DNA of 63,701 nucleotides, the filler included, from Octopus bimaculoides (lineage: Eukaryota), in the NCBI RefSeq assembly GCF_001194135.2. It is 3 parts of 3 records of this genome, joined end to end, with 100 filler letters (N's around TTAATTAATTAA, not from the genome) between each part and the next. Parts side by side here need not be neighbours in the genome. Positions count along the whole stretch, not along the records: positions 27,584 to 52,926 come from NC_068989.1; 2 more parts are not named here. The stretch is one strand, 5' to 3'. The notes beneath the pieces are model-generated. The model was not told where the DNA came from, ran no database searches, and saw nothing but the letters and a program-made list of their open reading frames with translations. How positions within the stretch are numbered: position 1 is the stretch's first letter; every line of letters starts with the position of its first letter. Below, piece after piece: positions 35,872 to 48,844 of this stretch. The position numbers and the translations under genes are program-made.

Positions 35872-36215
35872 GACGCAGGAGTGGCTGTGTGGTAAGTAGC
35901 TTGCTTCCCAACCACATGATTCCGGGTTCAGTCCCACTGCGTGGCGCTTTGGGCAAGTGTCTTCTACTATAGCCTCAGGCCGATCAAAGCCTTGTGAGTG
36001 GATTTGGGAGACGGAAACTGAAAGAAGCCCGTTGTATATATGTGTGTGCGTGTGTCTCTGTGAGTGTATTTGTGTCTGTGTTTGTCCCCCCATCACTTCG
36101 GCAAAAACGAATGATAGAATAAGTACTCGGCTTACAAAGAATAAGTCCTGGGGTCGATTTTTTGACTAAAGGTGATGCTCCAGCATGGCTGCAGTCAAAT
36201 GACTGAAACAAATAA
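35872..36215 (+). mobile_element. SINE family B, full length
   Basis: GCAGGAGTGGCTGTGTGGTAAGTAGC...GCAGTCAAATGACTGAAAC. Confidence 0.88.
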
Positions 36216-37044
36216 AATAATATATATATATATACATGTATATACATGCTTGTATGTATGTATGTATGTATGTATGTACGCATGTATGTATGTATTCACC
36301 GGGAAGTCACAAATTACTGAAAAAAAATGTAGAATATTCTCTAACATAATATAACTGAATGCCTCACAATTTTCACTGCCCCTGGGTTTAACATTTAACA
36401 TTAACGGCTTTTTCAGTTGGTGATCTGTGTCCGTTTTCTTTTGTTTGAATATATTTTGACTGTCGTATCATATTTCGTGAAAAGGCATTAGTTAATATAA
36501 TAAATTTAATTGCTCATAAAACCCAATACAACTAAGTCGATTACTAATTTAATTTGGTCATCCGAAATAGTTTTAGTAATAATCGTTCTTGTTACGTAAG
36601 GGTCACAAAGTTCAGCAGGTCACCGAATCGGAATAAACTTCACAGCAACCATGTTAACGGATAATAGTAGTATGTAACACGATGAGAAATATCACTCGAG
36701 GGATCAAAGTTTGAAAGGACAATAAACCGCGTTGTAAATAAGCAGAGAGAAATTTGACATAAATATGACAGACGAAACTATATAAATATATGTGGGCATG
36801 TATTTATTCTTGTTTTTTTTTCTGTTACTTGTTTCAGTCATTTGGCTGCGGTCATACTGGAGCACCGCCTTTAATCGAACAAATCAACCCAAGGCTTATT
36901 CTTTGTAAGACTAGTACTTATTCTATCCCTACCTTTTACCGAACCGCTAAGTTACGGAGACGTAAAGAAATGGTGGGGCGAAAAACACAGACACATACAT
37001 ACATGCATACATACATGCATACATACATACATACATACATATAT

Positions 37045-37098
<54 letters not shown>

Positions 37099-38026
37099 NN
37101 NNNNNNNNNNNNNNNNNNNNNNNNNNNNNNNNNNNNNNNNNNNNNNNNNNNNNNNNNNNNNNNNNNNNNNNNNNNNNNNNNNNNNNNNNNNNNNNNNNNN
37201 NNNNNNNNNNNNNNNNNNNNNNNNNNNNNNNNNNNNNNNNNNNNNNNNNNNNNNNNNNNNNNNNNNNNNNNNNNNNNNNNNNNNNNNNNNNNNNNNNNNN
37301 NNNNNNNNNNNNNNNNNNNNNNNNNNNNNNNNNNNNNNNNNNNNNNNNNNNNNNNNNNNNNNNNNNNNNNNNNNNNNNNNNNNNNNNNNNNNNNNNNNNN
37401 NNNNNNNNNNNNNNNNNNNNNNNNNNNNNNNNNNNNNNNNNNNNNNNNNNNNNNNNNNNNNNNNNNNNNNNNNNNNNNNNNNNNNNNNNNNNNNNNNNNN
37501 NNNNNNNNNNNNNNNNNNNNNNNNNNNNNNNNNNNNNNNNNNNNNNNNNNNNNNNNNNNNNNNNNNNNNNNNNNNNNNNNNNNNNNNNNNNNNNNNNNNN
37601 NNNNNNNNNNNNNNNNNNNNNNNNNNNNNNNNNNNNNNNNNNNNNNNNNNNNNNNNNNNNNNNNNNNNNNNNNNNNNNNNNNNNNNNNNNNNNNNNNNNN
37701 NNNNNNNNNNNNNNNNNNNNNNNNNNNNNNNNNNNNNNNNNNNNNNNNNNNNNNNNNNNNNNNNNNNNNNNNNNNNNNNNNNNNNNNNNNNNNNNNNNNN
37801 NNNNNNNNNNNNNNNNNNNNNNNNNNNNNNNNNNNNNNNNNNNNNNNNNNNNNNNNNNNNNNNNNNNNNNNNNNNNNNNNNNNNNNNNNNNNNNNNNNNN
37901 NNNNNNNNNNNNNNNNNNNNNNNNNNNNNNNNNNNNNNNNNNNGTAGGTGTCATTGGTGGCGACAAGAAGGAAAAGAGAAAGAGAAAAGGGGAGGAGAGT
38001 GGAAATAAAACAGAAGATAGGGAGAA

Positions 38027-38260
38027 GGACGGCGAGCTGGCAGAAACGTTAGCACACCGGGCGAAATGCTTAGCGGTATTTCGTCTGCCGTTACGTTCTG
38101 AGTTCAAATTCCGCCGAGGTCGACTTTGCCTTTCATCCTTTCGGGGTCGATTAAATAAGTACCAGTTACGCACTGGGGTCGATATAATCAACTTAATCCC
38201 TTTGTCTGTCCTTGTTAGTCCCCTCTATGTTTAGCTCCTCGTGGGCAATAAAGAAATAAG
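38027..38260 (+). mobile_element. SINE family A, full length
   Basis: Near-consensus copy. Confidence 0.92.
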
Positions 38261-38269
38261 AAGATAGGT

Positions 38270-38960
38270 AGAAGGACGAGAATTTTGCCAATGGTGTATG
38301 TTTTGATTTCAAGTTTATTAATGGGAAAGTACCGAATCAAATCCCTTTGAGCAACTTATCAATATCGAGCGAATTTGATGGAAAAAGTGACGAAGAGTTA
38401 CATAGTTACATAGTTGCCCTATCGAAATAAATTCCACAGCAAGCACGTACTACTCTCATTTAGAGAATACATTTTCACAAGCACGAAAGCTTTCAACATA
38501 TAACACATGAAATATCATTCTCGAAAGACCAATATATATATATAGTGAAACATTTGTATTTCAAATGAAATATGAATAGAGATTTGTTAGAGGTGAATAT
38601 TCCAGGTTGGGTTGTAGATCCATTTGAAGCAAAAAGCAGCTGATGTTGACAATAAACTCTTGGAAGTAGGGTCTCATTGAGTTTCAAAATGAGGAAGCAG
38701 CGAAAGCGAGATTCAAATCCGACAAACAAAATTCATAGTAAAATACAAAAATTGCTAGAAGTTTCCATATCTCTGGAAGAAAGTTAATATATATTTTATT
38801 GTATTTTATCTTGTTGAATCTGGCTTTAGCTGTTTGACTGTCAAAAGCTTGAAACTGCCTTGATAATATAAGAGGAGGTGATCTTTAGCAGTAACAACGA
38901 TTGCAGCTTGATGATGATAAACATGTGACATGGTATCATCAACAGAGCTGATTCTGAATA
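38270..38960 (+). pseudogene. hAT (Buster/Charlie-like) transposase C-terminal remnant
   Basis: Fragments GREFCQ, YYSHLEN, RDLLEVNIPGWVVDPFEA, FPYLWKKV, YLVESGFS, GGDL match the order of hAT dimerisation-domain motifs; heavily frameshifted. Confidence 0.62.
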
Positions 38961-39424
38961 AAGCGACAGTTTTGTCAGAACGTGGAACAAATATTGTGCA
39001 TTAATTTTTATCGATCACTACGTCAATCTTAGTTCAAATCCTGCCGAGGTCACCATTAACTTTTTATCCTTTCATAGTTGATAACATAGAATAAGAAAAC
39101 AGTTGAGAGTAGTGACTAGTAAAACTATCTGTTGCTACTGCTGTCTCATTTTCATTCCGTCCCTTACTCTTTATTTCTTTGTCACTTGTCTATTGTCTCT
39201 CTCTTCCGCTTTCTTTCTTGTCTCCTTCTGATTTCTTCGTTCATCTGTCCTGATCTATTAGCTTTCTTTCCCCTTTCAGTATGCCCAGCGACTGCATAGA
39301 TTTCCCATCTTTCCACTATTATTCACATATGCTCAGTGGTATCGTCTTAAAAGTGTCGAAACTATGAAAAGCCTTAGGTAGACAGCTGAAGGAGGTGACA
39401 TTTTGTTTGGTGTATGTTCTCATA

Positions 39425-39820
<396 letters not shown>

Positions 39821-40049
39821 TGCAAATCAAATAGCTATTGATGTATTCATTGTAACAACTGAGAACCTTGTTTTATATCTCCCCGAATATATGACTGGTA
39901 CTTAAATGTTTCGTGCCTACGAAAGACGAAAGGAAATTTTCAAAACCATCGATATAGCTTGAACTCGACACACAGCGAGCAAAATTAAAACATCTGCGCC
40001 CCGAGCTATTGGCTTTCTACCGGTCATGCTTCCACCACCAGTAGCCGCA

Positions 40050-40135
40050 GTACCAGTAATACAATAGCGTCTTGGTACCAGTAATACAATACCGTCTTGG
40101 TACCAGTAATACAATACCGTCTTGGTACCAGTAAT
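40050..40135. repeat. 25-bp minisatellite, about 3.4 copies
   Basis: Unit GTACCAGTAATACAATACCGTCTTG. Confidence 0.9.
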
Positions 40136-40229
40136 ATATTCTCATTACGTCAATTAGAGTTTATATGTTAAATAGTCTCTTCGTCAATCATTTCAATCGC
40201 TGACAATGGAAAGACATTGATATTAATCC

Positions 40230-40262
40230 ACAATAGTAGTAGTAGTAGTAGTAGTAGTAGTT

Positions 40263-40293
<31 letters not shown>

Positions 40294-40402
40294 CAGTAGT
40301 AGTAGTAGTTGTTGTTATAGTTCCTGTTATCATTGTGCTGACGGTAGTAGTAGTAGTAGTAGTAGCAGCAGCAGCATCATCATCATCATCAGCAGCAGCA
40401 GC

Positions 40403-40460
<58 letters not shown>

Positions 40461-41710
40461 ATTGTTTCTGTTATCGTTGTTGATGTGGTGGTGGTGATGG
40501 CAGAAGTTGTGCTGGTTGTTGTAGTGGTAGTGGTTGTAGTGGTAGTGGTTGTAGTGGTACTGGTTGTAGTGGTAGTGGTTGTAAATAGCAGCAGCAGTAG
40601 CAGCAGCAGTAGCAGTAGTAGCAGTAGTAGTAGTAGTAGTGGTAGTAGTAGTAGTAGTATAGCATTAAATGATGGTGATGCTGGGTAGGGGAGAGGACGC
40701 GCTCGTGCAGTAACATCAACAGCAGCAACAGTAGCAACACCAGTTGCAACAGCAGCATTATCAGTATGCAAATCTGCAGCAACAGCAATACCATCAGGAA
40801 GAGAAGCAGGAGCATTATCAACAAAACCAACAGCAACAGCAGCAGCAACAGTAGTTTTGTTTATAAAGCAGTGGTGAAATTAATTCATAAATTCATAAAA
40901 ATCTGCTGCTGCTGCCGTTATTGTTGTTGATNNNNNNNNNNNNNNNNNNNNNNNNNNNNNNNNNNNNNNNNNNNNNNNNNNNNNNNNNNNNNNNNNNNNN
41001 NNNNNNNNNNNNNNNNNNNNNNNNNNNNNNNNNNNNNNNNNNNNNNNNNNNNNNNNNNNNNNNNNNNNNNNNNNNNNNNNNNNNNNNNNNNNNNNNNNNN
41101 NNNNNNNNNNNNNNNNNNNNNNNNNNNNNNNNNNNNNNNNNNNNNNNNNNNNNNNNNNNNNNNNNNNNNNNNNNNNNNNNNNNNNNNNNNNNNNNNNNNN
41201 NNNNNNNNNNNNNNNNNNNNNNNNNNNNNNNNNNNNNNNNNNNNNNNNNNNNNNNNNNNNNNNNNNNNNNNNNNNNNNNNNNNNNNNNNNNNNNNNNNNN
41301 NNNNNNNNNNNNNNNNNNNNNNNNNNNNNNNNNNNNNNNNNNNNNNNNNNNNNNNNNNNNNNNNNNNNNNNNNNNNNNNNNNNNNNNNNNNNNNNNNNNN
41401 NNNNNNNNNNNNNNNNNNNTGGTGTTGATGGTGGTGTTGATGGTGGTAATGGTGGTAATGGTGGTAATGGTGGTGGAAGTGGTAGCGGAGGCGGTGGTGA
41501 CGGCGATACAAAGCAATGATGGCGGCAGCGGCACCAGTGTTGGTGACACTAACTATAGTTGCTGCAACAGTTGCTATAGTTGCAGCAACTAGTGGTGCTG
41601 CTACTATTGCTGCTGCTGTTGCAGCTGCTACCGTTGCTGTTATTTAGTTGCTCCTCCAGTCACTGCTGCGGCTGCTGCTGCTGCTGATGATGATGGTGAT
41701 GATGTTTAAC
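40230..41710. repeat. (GTA)/(GCA)/(GTG)/(GCT) trinucleotide arrays with gap
   Basis: Directly visible. Confidence 0.92.
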
Positions 41711-41924
41711 TTCAGACTATTATATCTGATCCGGGAGACGATCTGCAATGAAAGATATTCCATCTCCAAGGCCGTCGAGTTTTTAATGTTTCAGAAACAA
41801 TGTTTACCTAGGACTACATTAACCAACAAGTGCTACTATATATATTTTAAAGGCGGAATTGTGCGATTAGATGGAGATTTGGCTGCTATTTCTACCAGGC
41901 TTTCTCATATTCTTTTCTACTCTA

Positions 41925-42345
41925 GGCACAAGGCCCGAAATTTTTGGGGCGGGAGGCCAGTCGATCAGATCGACCCCAGTACGCAAATGGTACTTAATTT
42001 ATCGACCCCGAAAGGATGAAAGGCAAAATTGACCTCGGTGGAATTTGAACTTAGAACGTAACGACAGACGAAACACCGCTAAGCATTTCGCCCGGCGTGC
42101 TAACGTTTCTTATTTGTTTATTGCCCACAAGGGTCTAAACATAGGTGGGGACAAACAAGGACAGACAAAGGGATTAAGTCGATTACATCAACCCCAGTGC
42201 GTAACTGGTACTTACTTAATCGACTCCGAATGGATGAAAGGCAAAGTCGACCTCAGCGGAATTTGAACTCAGAACGAAACGACAGACGAAATATTGCTAA
42301 GCATTTCGCCCGGCGTGCTAACGTTTCTGCCAGATCGCCGCCTCA
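41925..42345 (-). mobile_element. Two tandem SINE family A copies
   Basis: ATCGACCCCGAAAGGATGAAAGGCAAA...GCATTTCGCCCGGCGTGCTAACG occurs twice in the same orientation. Confidence 0.88.
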
Positions 42346-42619
42346 GGCTCTCTCATATTTGTTTATTAGCATTTCATAGTAATTATTAATGGCTGCTGTT
42401 AATACCGCTTCTGTTGTTATTGTTGTTATTGTTTAATTTCAGGTTAGCTCTGATCGCTCCACCATCGTATCTTCTTGATATAGCTTGGACTATTGATATT
42501 GTAAGAAATGCATATTTTCATTTTGTTTTTAAAGACTGCCCATTGGCTGATAGAGTTCGATAAGAGGAAGAAGTGGCTGCTATTTCGGGAAGATCGAAGG
42601 ATCACATACAGGGGCTCTC

Positions 42620-44540
42620 GTTGGACTTGCTTCCTCGTTATTCTGGTTGCTAGTCTTGCTGTCGCAGTTGCTGCTGATGTTGCTAGTGATGCTGTCGCAA
42701 TTGCTACTGATGTTGCTGCTGTGCTGTTGATATCATTTGCAATTGTTGCTGCTGATGCACGTGTCATTATTTCCGTTACTGTTGCTGATCCTGCAATTAT
42801 TGCTGCTGTCACCTATGAACGTTGCTGTATCACTGAAGCAGTTTCCGTTCCGCGTGTTGCTGCTGTTTCCTACGTTACTGCTGTAGTTGCTGTTGCAGAC
42901 GTTGCTGATGTTGCCTACATTGCTGCTGTAGTTTCTGCTCCGCGTGTTGCTGCGTTTGTTGCTGCTGTTGCCTATATTACTGCTGTTCTTGCTGCACATG
43001 TTTCTGCTGTTTCCTATGTTACTGCTACTGTTGCAGTTGTTGATGCTGTTGATGTTGCTGTTGTTGATGCACATGTTGCTGCTGTTGACGCTGCACATGT
43101 TGCTGCTGCTGACGCTGCACATGTTGCTGCCGTTGCTTATATTACTGCTGTTATTGCTGCTGTTGATGCTGCACTTGTTGGNNNNNNNNNNNNNNNNNNN
43201 NNNNNNNNNNNNNNNNNNNNNNNNNNNNNNNNNNNNNNNNNNNNNNNNNNNNNNNNNNNNNNNNNNNNNNNNNNNNNNNNNATGCTGCACTTGTTGGTGT
43301 TGTTGCTGATGTTGCCTATATTACTGCTGTTGTTGCTGCTGGTGTTTATATTACTGTTGTTGCTGCTGCTGTTGACGCTGCGTATGTTGGTGCTGCACAT
43401 GTTGCTGCTGTTGCCTATATTACTGCTGTTCTTTCTGCACATGTTGCTGCTGCTGCTGCTTATATTACTGCTGTTATTGCTGCTGTTGATACTGCACTTG
43501 TTGGTGTTGTTGCTGATGTTGTCTATATTACTGCTGCTGTTGATGCTGCTGTTCTTCCTGCTGCACTTGTTGGTGTTGTTGCTGCTGTTTCCTATATTAC
43601 TGCTGTTGTTGCTGCTGTTGCTTATATTACTGCCTGTTATTGCTGCTGCTCTTCCTGCTGCACTTGTTAGTGCTGTCGCCTATCTTACTGCTGTTGTTGC
43701 TGCTGTTGCTTATGTTGTTGTTGTTGTTGCTGCTGTTGTTGACGCTGCACATGTTGCTGCTGCACATATTGCTGATGTTGCTTATATTACTGCTGTTATT
43801 GCTGCTGTTGATGCTGCACTTGTTGGTGTTGTTGCTGATGTTTCCTATATTACTGCTGTTGTTGCTGCTGTTGCTTATATTACTGTTGCTGCTGCTGCTG
43901 TTGATGCTGCACTTATTATTGTTGCTTATTTTACTGCTTCTGCAACCGTTGACGATACTGTTGCTGATGCTGCTACAGTTAGTCTTGTTGCAGCGATTTC
44001 CTTCGTACTTACTGCTACTATCATCACCATTACTGCTGCTGTTCTTCCTGTTGCGCATCTTACCGCTACACATGCCATTGTCGCTACAACAGTTAATATT
44101 ACTGTTTCTGATGTTGTTACTGATGCGCTGGTTGCAGTACTTCTTTCCTACCCTTAACGCTGCTGCACAAATTGCTGCTGCTGTTGCTACAATTATTGCT
44201 GCTGTAGTCACATTAGCAAGTCCACTTGTTGCTGCTTCTGATGCTGCTGCTGTTGCTGCTGTTGCCTATATTACTGCTGCCGCCACCGTCGACGTTACTG
44301 CTGCTGCTGCTGCCGCTGCTGCTGCCGCTGCCGCTGCCGCTGCTGCTGCTGCTGCTGCTGGAGTTCATCCTGTTGCAGCAGTTTCTCCTGTTCTTATTGC
44401 TGTTGCACAAATTACTGCTGCTGTCATAATTGTTGCTGATGCAGTTTCTGCTGCACTCGTTACTGCGTGCTGTTGACGTTACAATCTGCTTTGCTGCAGT
44501 CGTCTTTTTACTTTTATTGCTGCTGCACGAATTACTGCTG
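42620..44540 (+). repeat. Cryptic (GCT/GTT/GAT)-based minisatellite with higher-order units; reads as an Ala/Val-rich peptide
   Basis: Recurrent GTTGCCTATATTACTGCTGTT and GATGCTGCACATGTTGCTGCT units. Confidence 0.85.
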
Positions 44541-44573
44541 CGGTGCATTTTTGTTGTAGCATCTACGGCTCAT

Positions 44574-44793
44574 ACGAGAGGGTATTGAAAAGTTCCTGGC
44601 TTTAAGGCTAACATGAAGGGCCTACTTGGAGGCCCAACCTTCCGAGCTCTTTTACAGGGCTTAAGAAAACCGAAGGACCAATACAATAAATGTGTGAATC
44701 TGAGAGGGGTATATGTTGAATAAAATCATAATTAACTGATCCTCTTATATTTTCTTTTACCCAAAGACAGGAACTTTTCAGCACCCTCTTGTA
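44574..44793 (+). mobile_element. Mariner-derived MITE (copy 2)
   Basis: TACGAGAGGGTATTGAAAAGTTCCTG...CAGGAACTTTTCAGCACCCTCTTGTA terminal inverted repeats with TA ends. Confidence 0.8.
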
Positions 44794-44904
44794 TTACTTT
44801 TTCAGTAATATGCGAAAGGACTGAACACTCTTATGATCAAAACAGCAGAATGTGCATTGAGGGAGTTTGGCTGCTATATCTAACAATATTCACGCAATCA
44901 TATC

Positions 44905-45490
44905 TTGTTTTATCCTAACTTGCTTCAGTCATTGGGCAGCGGCTATACAGGAGCACCACTTGGAAGGGTTTTAGTTGAACAAATCGACCCCAGTGCATAA
45001 TTTCTTTTTAAGCCTGGTACTTATTCTATCCGTCAATTTGCTGCACCGCTAAGTTACTGCAACGTAAACAAACCAACATCAGTTGTTAAACATGTGTGTA
45101 TGTGTATGTGTACGACGGGCTTCCACACAGTTTCTTATTTCTTTATTGCCCATAAGGGGCTAAACATAGAGGGGACAAACAAGGACAGACAAAGGGATTA
45201 AGTCGATTACATCGACCCCAGTGCGTAACTGGTACTTATTTAATCGACCCCGAAAGGATGAAAGGTAAAGTCGACCTCGGCGGAATTTGAACTCAGAACG
45301 TAGCAGCAGACGAAATACCGCTAAGCATTTCGCCCGACTTGCTAACGTGTCTACCAAATTCACTTACAATGCGTTGGTCGGCTCGGGACTACAGTAGAAG
45401 ACACTGGCCCAAGATGTCACACAGTTGGCCAGAACTAGAAACCGCGCGGTTGGAAAGCGAGCCTCTTAACCACATCGCCATGCTTGCGAT
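44905..45490 (-). mobile_element. SINE family B interrupted by a SINE family A copy (about 45133-45350)
   Basis: B sequence ACGACGGGCTTCCACACAGTTTC resumes as TCTACCAAATTCACT after a complete A copy. Confidence 0.8.
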
Positions 45491-45799
45491 TATAGCATAT
45501 GGGTGTTAATGCTAATGTTAGAATTTGTTTTGTGCTGTTTTATATTTTAATCGGGAAGGAAAAACAGCGCCCATAACCCTGAGACTGGTAGAAAAGAATG
45601 AAGAAGGTATCGTGAAACAGGAGGCCCGACACAAATGCTTACATCAGATCAACAATCGCTAAAGTTACCCAAGGTGCCGGATAATGGTGTCAAACCGAAG
45701 GGACGGGTTAAATCTATCGCCCACCTTGTTGCTGTTGTTAATTGCAGCTACAGCTGATGCTTCATTGTTGCTGCTAATTATTACTGCCTTTATTGTTAT

Positions 45800-46262
45800 T
45801 AAGGTGAGTGGGAGTTCGGCTCATGATCATAAAGCCGTGGGTTCGATTCATGGGCATGGTATGGGAGGTGCGTTGTGCTTTTGAGCAAAGCTCATTATTT
45901 CACGTTGTTTCAGTCTACTCAACTGAAAATGAGTAGCAGCCTTAGTGCTGGTTCAGCCCTCTCTCACCTTCCCAGATGTCACACCTTCGATGTTCCCCCA
46001 TGTCAAAGGTTAGAGAGCCGGCCGTGTTCCCATGTCTATTCACAACTACACAGGTGGAATGGCGTGACTTAGTGGTTAGAGTGTTCCACTCATGATCATG
46101 AGACTGTGGTTTCGATTCCTGAACCGGGCGACGCGTTGTGTTCTTGAGCAAAGCACTTCATTTCACGTTGCTCCAGTCCACTCAGCTGGCAGACATGAGT
46201 AATTCTACGACGGACCGGCGTCCCGTCCAAGTGGGGAATTTATACGCCATGAAACCGGGAAT
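45800..46262 (+). mobile_element. tRNA-derived SINE family D, two copies (about 45800-45955 and 46058-46262)
   Basis: TTAGTGGTTAG A-box, GGTTTCGATTCC B-box, TTGAGCAAAGCACTTCATTTCACGTTG core; another copy at about 51755-51990. Confidence 0.75.
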
Positions 46263-46464
46263 GACTCGAGAATGTAACTTTACCTTTTTTTTACCACAAG
46301 TACACAGGCACTAAGACAATTAGTGAAAGCACAGGACAAGCCACCAACTCATTCTCGCTTGCGAGTGACGGCTAAGATTCTTGTTCATATTGTTTTAGTG
46401 TTGTTGTTGCTAACGCTAGAGCTGCTGTTGCTTTTGCTTTTGCTATTGTTGCTATTGCTTCTGC

Positions 46465-47085
46465 AGCTTAGGGCGATGAATTGACAGAATTGTTAGAGTG
46501 ACTGATTTTATACTTTGCAGTATTTGTTCCCACCGTCGACGTTCTAAGTTCAAATCCCACCGAAGCAACTTTACATTTCATCCTTTCAGGATCGATAAAA
46601 TAAAGTACCAATCCAGTACTGGCTCCAATGGTATCGACTAATACCCTTCCTAAATCGCTGGCCTTTTGCCTACATTAAAATTTATTATTGTTGTTGGTTA
46701 ATCCACCTGTATGTTCTGGGTTCGAATTCTTATTTTTTTATTGCCCACAAGGGGCTAAACATAGAGGGGACAAACAAGGACAGACAAAGGGATTAAGTCG
46801 ATTACATCGACCCCAGTGCGTAACTGGTACTTAATTTATCGACCCCGAATGGATGAAAGGCAAAGTCGACCTCGGCGGAATTTGAACTCAGAACATAAGG
46901 GCAGACGAAATACCGCTAAGCATTTCGCCCGGCGTGCTAACGTTTCTGCCAGCTCGCCGCTCTAAGTAATTCTGGGTTCGAATTCTGCTGAGGTCGACTT
47001 TACTTTTCATCCTCTCAGGAAGTCGATGTAAGAGATTAGTCCCCTCCCTCAAAATTTCAGGCCTTGTGCCTATGGTAGAAAGGAT
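46465..47085. mobile_element. Cluster of three SINE family A copies (+, -, +)
   Basis: About 46465-46680 (+, degenerate), 46733-46960 (-, near consensus), 46970-47085 (+, partial). Confidence 0.8.
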
Positions 47086-47581
47086 TATTAGTGTTGTTGT
47101 TGTTGTTGTTGTTCTTACTCTTTCTGTTGTAGATATTTCTGCTTCTACTGTTGCTGTTACTGGTATTGTCACCGCTGTTGCTACAGTTATTGCTAACGTT
47201 GCTAATTGTTGCCGTTCTTGCTATTGCCGATGCTAACGTTGCTGCTACTGCTGTTGTTTTTATTATTGTTGTTACTGTTGTTGCTCTCGTTGTTGCTAAC
47301 ATCTGTTGTTGCTGTTGCTGTTGTGGTTTCTGCTGCTGCTAACGCTGTTGCTACTACTGTTGCTATTTTGTTACTGCAGCTGTCGTTGTTGTTGTTGCTA
47401 TTGTTGTTGATACTGATTTCATTGCTATTTTCTGTTGTTGCGATTAAGACAGTGGATCCTTTCGATGTTGCTACTGTTGTTGCTGTGAAAACAGCTATCG
47501 TTGCGAACGCTGCTGATATTGCTACTGCCGTTGTTGCTTCTGTTCTTGCAACAGTTAATAATAGTGACAGTGATGATAATA

Positions 47582-47621
<40 letters not shown>

Positions 47622-48135
47622 CGACCACCACAATGACGACAATGCTACAAGAAAAAGAGGATAGTGTCGATGATGATGGTGGTGGTGGCGACGATGGTTG
47701 GTGGTGCTGCTGCTGATGGTGATGGTAATGGTAATAGTGGTGGTGGTGGTGGCGGCGGCGATGATGATGATGATGGTGGTTGTTGGTGGCGGTGATGATG
47801 GCGGCGGTGGTGGTGGTACTTAATGAAAAGAAGGAGGATGGCCCTACAGCTGATGATGATGATGATAGTGATGGTGATTGTGATAGTGCTTATTATGTGT
47901 AATATAAAAAAAAAAGAATTATCGATACTTTTGTCCTTCCTTTTTTTTTTTTTTTTTGAAAGACCGTAGTTTGGTTTGAGGAAGATTTCGCTACTCTTTC
48001 TAGAAACAAGGTGACCAAGCAGTTTCCTCATTGTTTGGCTTGCTGCTGTTATCGTAGTAAATTCTGCTGCAGCTGCTCTTTGTTGTTCTTGTTGCTATTG
48101 TTACAGCTATTTCTGCCACTGTTGTTGTTATTGTT
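47085..48135. repeat. (GTT)/(GCT)/(GAT)/(GGT) trinucleotide field
   Basis: Directly visible. Confidence 0.9.
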
Positions 48136-48844
48136 GTTGTTGTTTAAGCGCAGATCGGCTTTGATCGGACAGACATGTTATGAAAGACATTCCAGCCGTG
48201 ACCATTTCATCTTTTTGTCTTCATGTATGTCAAGGACTTTATTATTCGGTGTATGTGCTTTACTTAAGATGATAGGATACGATTTGGCTGCTATTTCTAG
48301 TTTGCAGATCGACCATGTAGATGACCCACTGTGTAGCTACACTTGTTTATAATGTAAATGTAACTTACGGTAGTTGTTGTCGATGTTGTTAAAATTCCAG
48401 TCGTTGATGCTGCAACCAATGTTGTTTTGCTCCAAATGAACCCTAATGAATCAGACGCTCCAGCCGTGATCATCCTGTCTTTTTTTCTATATTAAGACTA
48501 CGTTGTCGAATGTGTTTTTTGTTTCATTTTTCATAAAAAGCCATCTGCTATGATGATAGTGATGTTTGTTGTGGGGTATTTAGTAGTAGATATGTTAATA
48601 GATATGTTATGATTTGAGGAATATTGCACTCCTATTTCAAGTAAATCAAACAATCACGAAAAGGCTTCGTCATTACCTTACTGCTGACGCTGCAACTGTA
48701 GCTATGGTCGCTGTTGTTACAGATGTTGTTATTACAACTATAACTATTTTTGCTGTTATTACTTATGATGTTTATTGTGCTTTTAGAAACTACATTTACT
48801 ATTGTTGCCGCTACTAGTTCTGTTGTTGTTGTTATTCTGTGCTG

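Noticed and set aside
34745-37947. Long ORFs of 330-450 aa (also 55084-56220 and 58442-62671)
   Set aside because: Almost entirely X residues from N gaps.
40050-40135. Short direct repeats considered as a CRISPR array
   Set aside because: Head-to-tail 25-bp units with no spacers, in a eukaryotic context with no cas genes.
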